A DNA stretch of 48,861 nt, taken from NCBI GenBank assembly GCA_031972685.1, contig DALYEI010000006.1, positions 1-48,861 on the forward strand, in the 5' to 3' direction. Below, in pieces: positions 44,145 through 48,861 of the stretch (its first letter is position 1; the number at the start of each line of letters is the position of its first letter). Made by a program: the position numbers and the translations under genes. The DNA comes from Minisyncoccota bacterium (lineage in GTDB: Bacteria > Patescibacteriota > Minisyncoccia > Phycocordibacterales > UBA9973). A model generated the notes under the pieces. It searched no databases and was not told where the DNA came from. It was given only the letters and a program-made list of their open reading frames with translations.

Positions 44145-44255
44145 ATGAAAATTAGAGCATCAATTAAAAAGATTTGTGATAAATGTAAAATGGTAAAGCG
44201 CAAAAGACATTTGCACGTTATTTGCTCTAACCCAAAGCATAAGCAAAAGCAATAA
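44145..44255 (+). CDS. rpmJ: 50S ribosomal protein L36 (below ORF-track threshold)
   Basis: Encodes [36 protein letters not shown] (36 aa) with a CxxC...CxxxxH zinc ribbon. Canonical position before rpsM. Confidence 0.92.
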   Translation: MKIRASIKKICDKCKMVKRKRHLHVICSNPKHKQKQ

Positions 44256-44261
44256 AAATAT

Positions 44262-44642
44262 ATGAGAATTTTAGGAATTACAGTACCAAATGAAAAAAGA
44301 CTTGAAATAGGATTAACTTGCCTTTACGGTATAGGTATTTCAAGAGCACGCAAAATACTTGATCAAGTTGGAATCGATCACGGCAAGAAAGCTAAAGATT
44401 TAACAGCAGATGAAGAGAATAAAATCCGTACTATTGTAGAAGGTATAACTATCGAAGGTAACTTAAAAAGAGAAATTTCTGCAAATATAAAAAGACTAAA
44501 AGATATTAAAGCTCATCGCGGAGTTCGTCATATGAAAAGACTACCAGTTCGTGGACAAAGAACAAAGACTAATTCTAGAACTGTGAGAGGTAATGTTAGA
44601 AATACGATGGCTTCAGGTAGAAGAAAAGAAAGTAAGACTTAA
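44262..44642 (+). CDS. rpsM: 30S ribosomal protein S13
   Basis: 126 aa. GIGISRARKIL and HRGVRHMKRLPVRGQRTKTN. Confidence 0.95.
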   Translation: MRILGITVPNEKRLEIGLTCLYGIGISRARKILDQVGIDHGKKAKDLTADEENKIRTIVEGITIEGNLKREISANIKRLKDIKAHRGVRHMKRLPVRGQRTKTNSRTVRGNVRNTMASGRRKESKT

Positions 44643-44675
44643 TTTATAAAAGAAATTTAAAAGTTTAAAATTATC

Positions 44676-45113
44676 ATGGCAAAAACAAAAGTTACAAAAG
44701 AAGAAGAGATTAAAGAAGTTGATACTACTGTAGTAGCGCCTTCTAATTTAAAAGCACCAAAGAAGAAAATTACTTCTGGTATTTTAAGTGTTGAAGCAAC
44801 TTTTAATAATACAAAGGTTGTTTTTGCAGATAAGAATGGAAATACACTTTTCTGGTCTTCAGCAGGTTCTCTAGGATTTAAAGGAGCAAAAAAAGGAACT
44901 CCTTTTGCTGCAGGTAAAGTAGGTGAAGTTTTAGGAGAAAAAGCAGCTGCACTTGGCGTTAAAGATGCTGATGTAGTGATTAAGGGAGTAGGTTCTGGTC
45001 GCGAACCAGCAGTGAGATCATTTATGTCTTTCGGTATTGAAATTAATTCTGTAAAAGATATGACACCTGTTCCGCACAATGGTCCAAAACCTAAAAAACC
45101 AAGAAGAGTTTAA
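44676..45113 (+). CDS. rpsK: 30S ribosomal protein S11
   Basis: 145 aa. FNNTKVVFADKNGNTLFWSSAGSLGFKGAKKGTPFAA. Confidence 0.95.
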   Translation: MAKTKVTKEEEIKEVDTTVVAPSNLKAPKKKITSGILSVEATFNNTKVVFADKNGNTLFWSSAGSLGFKGAKKGTPFAAGKVGEVLGEKAAALGVKDADVVIKGVGSGREPAVRSFMSFGIEINSVKDMTPVPHNGPKPKKPRRV

Positions 45114-45135
45114 TATTAAATTTAATTTATAAAAT

Positions 45136-45720
45136 ATGTTAACAAAACCAAAATTCAAAATTTGTAAAAGATTAGGCCCTGGAGTTTATGACAAATGTCA
45201 AACTCCAAAATTTTCACCTGGCGTTCCAAAAAGAGGCAAAGCTTTATCTGAATACGGAACTCAACTTATTGAAAAGCAAAAAGTTCGTTTTTCATATGGT
45301 ATAACTGAAAAGCAACTTTCTAACTACGTTAAAAAGGCTTCACTTATTAAGGGAGCAGGTACAGCAGAAAAGTTTTACGAAGAATTAGAATCTCGTTTAG
45401 ATAATATAGTTTATCGTTTTGGTTTAGCTCCTTCTCGCCGTCAAGCTCGTCAAATGGTATCACACGGACATTTCACAGTAGCAGGTCACAAGGTAACAGT
45501 TCCTTCTTATCAAATTAAAACAGGAGAAGTTATCTCTGTTCGTGAAGGTTCAAAAGGTTCAAAATTATTCGCTGATCTAGAAGTAAGACTTAAAGATTAT
45601 ACAGCTCCAAAGTGGCTTTCTTTTGATATTAATAAAATGGAAGGTAAAGTTTTAGCAAAGCCACAAAATACAGAAGGATTCTTTGATTTAAACGCAGTAC
45701 TTGAATTCTATAGTCGTTAA
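45136..45720 (+). CDS. rpsD: 30S ribosomal protein S4
   Basis: 194 aa with an S4 RNA-binding domain. RLDNIVYRFGLAPSRRQARQMVSHGH. Confidence 0.95.
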   Translation: MLTKPKFKICKRLGPGVYDKCQTPKFSPGVPKRGKALSEYGTQLIEKQKVRFSYGITEKQLSNYVKKASLIKGAGTAEKFYEELESRLDNIVYRFGLAPSRRQARQMVSHGHFTVAGHKVTVPSYQIKTGEVISVREGSKGSKLFADLEVRLKDYTAPKWLSFDINKMEGKVLAKPQNTEGFFDLNAVLEFYSR

Positions 45721-45764
45721 TTTTTTTAAAAAAAATTTATTATTAACTTTTAATTTTATAAAAT

Positions 45765-46754
45765 ATGCCTGAATATAAAATATTAATGCCTTCAAAACCA
45801 AAAGCTGTTTTAGAAGAAGGGAATAAAGGAGTTTTTGAGATAGATGGTTTATATCCTGGTTACGGCCACACTTTAGGTAATTCACTAAGAAGAATTATTC
45901 TTTCTTCTTTGCCTGGAGCGAGTGTTGTTTCTATTAAAATAGACGGCGTAAGTCACGAATTCCAAACAATGGAAGGACTTAAAGAAGATATGATCGTTCT
46001 TATTTTGAATCTTAAAAAGATTCGTTTTAAGATGATTACTGATGAACCTCAAACTGTTACCTTATCAATTAAGGGTCCAAAAGAAGTAACCGCAAATGAT
46101 ATTAAAACTTCTGGACAAGTTGAAGTATTGAATCCTGATTTATATATTGCTACAGTTACAGGTAAGATTTCTTTAGACATAGAACTTCGTATTGAAAAAG
46201 GACTTGGTTTTATTCCAAAAGAAATGATTCAAAAAGAAAAAGTTGAGATTGGTACAATAGCAGTAGATGCTATCTTTACACCAATCCGTAGAGTAGCTTA
46301 TGAAGTTGAAAATATGCGCGTAGGTGATAAAACTAACCACAACAGACTTCGTATCACTATAGAAACCGACGGCACAGTATCTCCCCGTGAAGCTCTTTCA
46401 GAATCTATTAAAATCATGATTATGCAACTTAAAGCAATCGTAGATTTTAAAGATGAAGAAGTAGAAGAAGTTAAAACTTCAAAGAAAGAAGAAAAGTTAA
46501 ATCATGAAGATGTAGAAGAAGACGAAGAAGATAAAAAAGGAGATGATTTTACTGACGTTTTAAAAACTAGAATTGACGGACTTGATTTATCTACTCGTAC
46601 ACTTAACGCTTTAACTGGAGCAAATATTAGAACCTTAGGAGGTCTTGCTCGCAAGAAAAGAGAAGATTTATTAGAAGTAGAAGGTATTGGAGAAAAAGGA
46701 ATTACAGAAATCAAGAAAGTTTTAACTAAATTCGGACTTGCCCTCAAAGAATAA
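45765..46754 (+). CDS. rpoA: DNA-directed RNA polymerase subunit alpha
   Basis: 329 aa. GYGHTLGNSLRRILLSS-type N-terminal domain, an acidic linker, and a C-terminal-domain HhH (LDLSTRTLNAL). Confidence 0.95.
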   Translation: MPEYKILMPSKPKAVLEEGNKGVFEIDGLYPGYGHTLGNSLRRIILSSLPGASVVSIKIDGVSHEFQTMEGLKEDMIVLILNLKKIRFKMITDEPQTVTLSIKGPKEVTANDIKTSGQVEVLNPDLYIATVTGKISLDIELRIEKGLGFIPKEMIQKEKVEIGTIAVDAIFTPIRRVAYEVENMRVGDKTNHNRLRITIETDGTVSPREALSESIKIMIMQLKAIVDFKDEEVEEVKTSKKEEKLNHEDVEEDEEDKKGDDFTDVLKTRIDGLDLSTRTLNALTGANIRTLGGLARKKREDLLEVEGIGEKGITEIKKVLTKFGLALKE

Positions 46755-46775
46755 TTAGTAGATTAAATTAATAAT

Positions 46776-47129
46776 ATGAGACACCATAACAACAAAAGAA
46801 AATTTGGAAGAAAGAAGAACGGTAGAAATGCTCTTATGCATTCGCTTGCTTTAAATTTGATCGTAAAAGGTAAAATTAAAACTACTTTGATTAAAGCTCG
46901 TGAGCTACGTCCTTTTATAGAAAAATTAGTCACTCATGCGAAGACTGATACTCTTTCAAAGCGCCGAACTGTTATGGCTAAGATTGCAAACCGTAAATCT
47001 GAAACTAAAAAATTATTCGAAAAGATTGCTCCTAACTACGCTGACCGTAAGGGAGGATATACTAGAATACTTAAATTAGGTCAAAGAAAATCAGATGGTG
47101 CAGAAATGGCATATATCGAATTTGTATAA
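46776..47129 (+). CDS. rplQ: 50S ribosomal protein L17
   Basis: 117 aa. MRHHNNKRKFGRK and GGYTRILKLGQRKSDGAEMAYIEF. Confidence 0.95.
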   Translation: MRHHNNKRKFGRKKNGRNALMHSLALNLIVKGKIKTTLIKARELRPFIEKLVTHAKTDTLSKRRTVMAKIANRKSETKKLFEKIAPNYADRKGGYTRILKLGQRKSDGAEMAYIEFV

Positions 47130-47150
47130 TTAATATTAATTTTTATTAAA

Positions 47151-47519
47151 ATGAAAACAGAAGCAACAAAAAAAGAAATAAAAAATATAGACGCTAGCGG
47201 AAAAACTCTAGGTAGACTTGCTAGTGAAGTAGCTCAAATACTACTAGGTAAAAATAAAGCAAGTTTCAAGAAAAATGCATATTCAGGTTCACCTGTGTCT
47301 GTTTCTAATGCTTCAAAAATCAGAATCACTAATAAAAAATTAGAAGAACTATATCATACTCGTTATTCAGGATATCCAGGAGGACTTAGAGTTATGACTG
47401 GTGCATATACTAAAGCAACAAAAGGCATGAAAGAGTTAGTAAAATTAGCTGTTTATCGTATGCTCCCAGACAACAAACTAAGACGCGAAATGATGAAAAA
47501 TTTAGTAATAGAAGATTAA
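47151..47519 (+). CDS. rplM: 50S ribosomal protein L13 (short)
   Basis: 122 aa. IDASGKTLGRLASEVAQILLGKNK and YHTRYSGYPGG. Confidence 0.9.
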   Translation: MKTEATKKEIKNIDASGKTLGRLASEVAQILLGKNKASFKKNAYSGSPVSVSNASKIRITNKKLEELYHTRYSGYPGGLRVMTGAYTKATKGMKELVKLAVYRMLPDNKLRREMMKNLVIED

Positions 47520-47531
47520 TTATAAAAATAT

Positions 47532-47942
47532 ATGGATAAAAAAGAACAATACTTTGAAAGTACAGGTAGAAGAAAAACATCAACTGCAAGAGTTCGTGTT
47601 TTCTCTTCTTCAAAATCTAGTTTTCTAGTGAATGAAACTCCTGCTAACGAATACTTTAAAACTGATGAAGAGAGAAGAATCGTATCTTTACCTTTAACTG
47701 TTGTCAGTGATTTAGATAAAGGAGCAAAATTTGCTATTACTGTAAAGGTTACAGGTGGAGGAACTCATTCTCAAGCAGAAGCAGTTCGTCACGGACTTTC
47801 AAGAGCATTACTTCTTGTGAACGGAGAATTAAGAGAAAATCTTAAAAAAGAAGGTTACCTAAAACGTGATCCTCGTGCAAAAGAAAGAAGAAAATTCGGA
47901 CTCAAGAAAGCTCGTAAAGCTCCACAATGGAGTAAACGTTAA
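47532..47942 (+). CDS. rpsI: 30S ribosomal protein S9
   Basis: 136 aa. GRRKTSTARV, GGGTHSQAEAVRHGLSRAL, and a C-terminal RKAPQWSKR. Confidence 0.95.
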   Translation: MDKKEQYFESTGRRKTSTARVRVFSSSKSSFLVNETPANEYFKTDEERRIVSLPLTVVSDLDKGAKFAITVKVTGGGTHSQAEAVRHGLSRALLLVNGELRENLKKEGYLKRDPRAKERRKFGLKKARKAPQWSKR

Positions 47943-47945
47943 AAT

Positions 47946-47976
47946 AAAAAGACCTCGCAAGAGGTCTTTTTATTTT
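47946..47976 (+). terminator. Terminator after rpsI
   Basis: AAAGACCTC-GCAA-GAGGTCTTT followed by TTATTTT. Confidence 0.8.
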
Positions 47977-48023
47977 AACCCCAAACCCCTTATCAGGGGC
48001 TTCCTCCCTTGATAAGGGGAGGA

Positions 48024-48052
48024 TTGAGGAGGGGTTTAAATCATGCTATTAT
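48024..48052 (+). promoter_or_regulatory. Putative grpE promoter TTGAGG-17 nt-TATTAT, with the -10 element 6 nt before ATG 48059
   Basis: TTGAGG at 48024-48029 and TATTAT at 48047-48052. The -35 element lies inside a GC-rich palindromic element. Confidence 0.5.
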
Positions 48053-48058
48053 AGAGGT

Positions 48059-48682
48059 ATGAGTGAAGAAAATAAAAATTTAAATGAAAATATAGAAAAT
48101 AATGATATAGAAGCATCCTTCGAGAATACTCAGGACGAATCTGATGATTCGGACATAGTAGAATTCGAATACAATGAAGACGGGGAAGAAGATTTAAAGA
48201 AAACCCTTAAAAAGCTTCGTAATGACTTAAAACAAGCTAAAAAAGAAAAGGAAGAATATTTGACTGGCTGGCAGAAAGAGCGAGCTGATTTTGCGAATTA
48301 TAAGAAGCAAGAAGAAGATAGAAAGACTATGTTTTCTGAATCTATGCGAGAGAGAATCCTATCACGATTTTTAACTGTTATGGATAGCTTTAATATGGCT
48401 TTCGCTAATCGCGAAGCTTGGGAGAAGGTAGATATAAATTGGCGTAAAGGAGTAGAATACATCCACTCTCAAATGAATACAGTTTTTGAAGAATATGGAG
48501 TTAAAGAGATAGGGAATATTGGAGAGCCTTTTGATCCTAATATTCATGAATCTTTAGAAATGATAGATACGAATGAAAAAGATAAAAATCACACTATTGC
48601 AAGCATAATTCAAAAAGGGTATAAACTAGGCGATCGCGTTCTTCGTCCTGCGAGAGTAAACGTATTTGAGTATAAAGAATAA
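48059..48682 (+). CDS. grpE: Nucleotide exchange factor GrpE
   Basis: 207 aa: acidic N-terminus, coiled coil with RERADFANYKK, and C-terminal beta domain GDRVLRPARV. Confidence 0.9.
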   Translation: MSEENKNLNENIENNDIEASFENTQDESDDSDIVEFEYNEDGEEDLKKTLKKLRNDLKQAKKEKEEYLTGWQKERADFANYKKQEEDRKTMFSESMRERILSRFLTVMDSFNMAFANREAWEKVDINWRKGVEYIHSQMNTVFEEYGVKEIGNIGEPFDPNIHESLEMIDTNEKDKNHTIASIIQKGYKLGDRVLRPARVNVFEYKE

Positions 48683-48861
48683 TGTCTTATCAATCTGAAA
48701 AAGTAAATTGTCAGAATTGCAAAAACGACTTCGTTATCGAGCCTGATGATTTTTCTTTTTATGACAAAATTAAAGTCCCTCCGCCAACTTTTTGTCCGGA
48801 ATGTAGGATGATACGTAGAATGGCTTGGAGGAATGTGAGGTCTTTGCATAAAAGAAATTGT
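48682..48861 (+). CDS. Zinc-ribbon protein, unknown function (partial, runs off window)
   Basis: ATG 48682 overlaps the grpE stop (TAATG). Encodes MSYQSEKVNCQNCKNDFVIEPDDFSFYDKIKVPPPTFCPECRMIRRMAWRNVRSLHKRNC, with CxxC...CxxC. Confidence 0.55.
   Translation, partial: MSYQSEKVNCQNCKNDFVIEPDDFSFYDKIKVPPPTFCPECRMIRRMAWRNVRSLHKRNC

Noticed and set aside
1983-48849. Numerous 60-140-aa ORFs antisense to, or out of frame within, secA, murC, the ATP-grasp gene, rpsA, gyrA, the MTase, infB/rbfA, clpB, typA, mltG, rpsK, rpoA, rplM and grpE. Examples: 1983..2219, 2332..2517, 2941..3147, 9346..9585, 10665..10856, 10909..11331, 12099..12290, 12383..12580, 12821..13045, 13524..13796, 14730..14966, 15185..15583, 15815..16105, 16746..17042, 22523..22756, 25226..25660, 26600..26812, 29686..29922, 30017..30325, 30688..30960, 33243..33428, 33752..33991, 34103..34366, 35776..35982, 37327..37515, 42348..42551, 44657..45079, 45688..45885, 46502..46747, 47410..47613, 48610..48849.
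   Set aside because: All lie inside well-supported genes on the other strand or frame. Their low-complexity Ser/Leu/Phe/Ile-rich translations are typical of antisense reading of AT-rich coding sequence, and none has independent promoter or terminator signals.
1-48861. Alternative genetic code with UGA as a sense codon (code 4 or 25)
   Set aside because: All long conserved genes are uninterrupted under the standard code, and Trp and Gly are encoded by TGG and GGN. UGA seems avoided, not reassigned, within this window.
1-48861. Prophage, transposon or integrative element (searched for integrase, transposase, terminal inverted repeats and phage structural genes)
   Set aside because: No ORF shows recombinase or transposase motifs, and no long terminal repeats were seen. 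The only integration-like signal is the pair of short tRNA 3'-end duplications, reported separately.

Overview
Low-GC (roughly 30%) chromosomal segment that looks like a reduced-genome Patescibacteria/CPR (Parcubacteria-like) bacterium; this is inferred from gene content and sequence style, with no database search. It starts inside the 3' end of a 16S rRNA gene. That gene is followed by a terminator and protein genes, not by tRNA/23S. Most of the window is housekeeping: secA, murE-murD-murC, rpsA, gyrA, infB-rbfA, clpB, typA, mltG, mnmA, alaS, infA-rpmJ-rpsM-rpsK-rpsD-rpoA-rplQ-rplM-rpsI and grpE. There are five tRNA genes; four form a minus-strand cluster that also contains decayed tRNA copies. 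The main accessory block is 16.6-24.4 kb. It holds an operon of a SAM methyltransferase, an orphan solute-binding-like lipoprotein/anchor protein and five tandem TrbC/VirB2-type pilin-like paralogs. Next come an SPFH protein with a small partner, an IPT/TIG surface protein and a Cys/His-repeat protein. No secretion ATPase, integrase, transposase or CRISPR array is visible. Three genome-wide signals are readable directly. The 16S 3' tail lacks the CCUCC anti-Shine-Dalgarno sequence. No CDS has a purine-rich SD, and at least 13 genes carry a TATAAT-like hexamer 6-7 nt upstream of the start codon, which suggests leaderless mRNAs. Several genes overlap stop and start as TAATG/TAGTG. Two real small genes fall below the ORF-track threshold: rpmJ and a 33-aa Lys/Ala-rich basic protein. 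All functional calls rest on motif recognition by eye and need HMM or structure checks.
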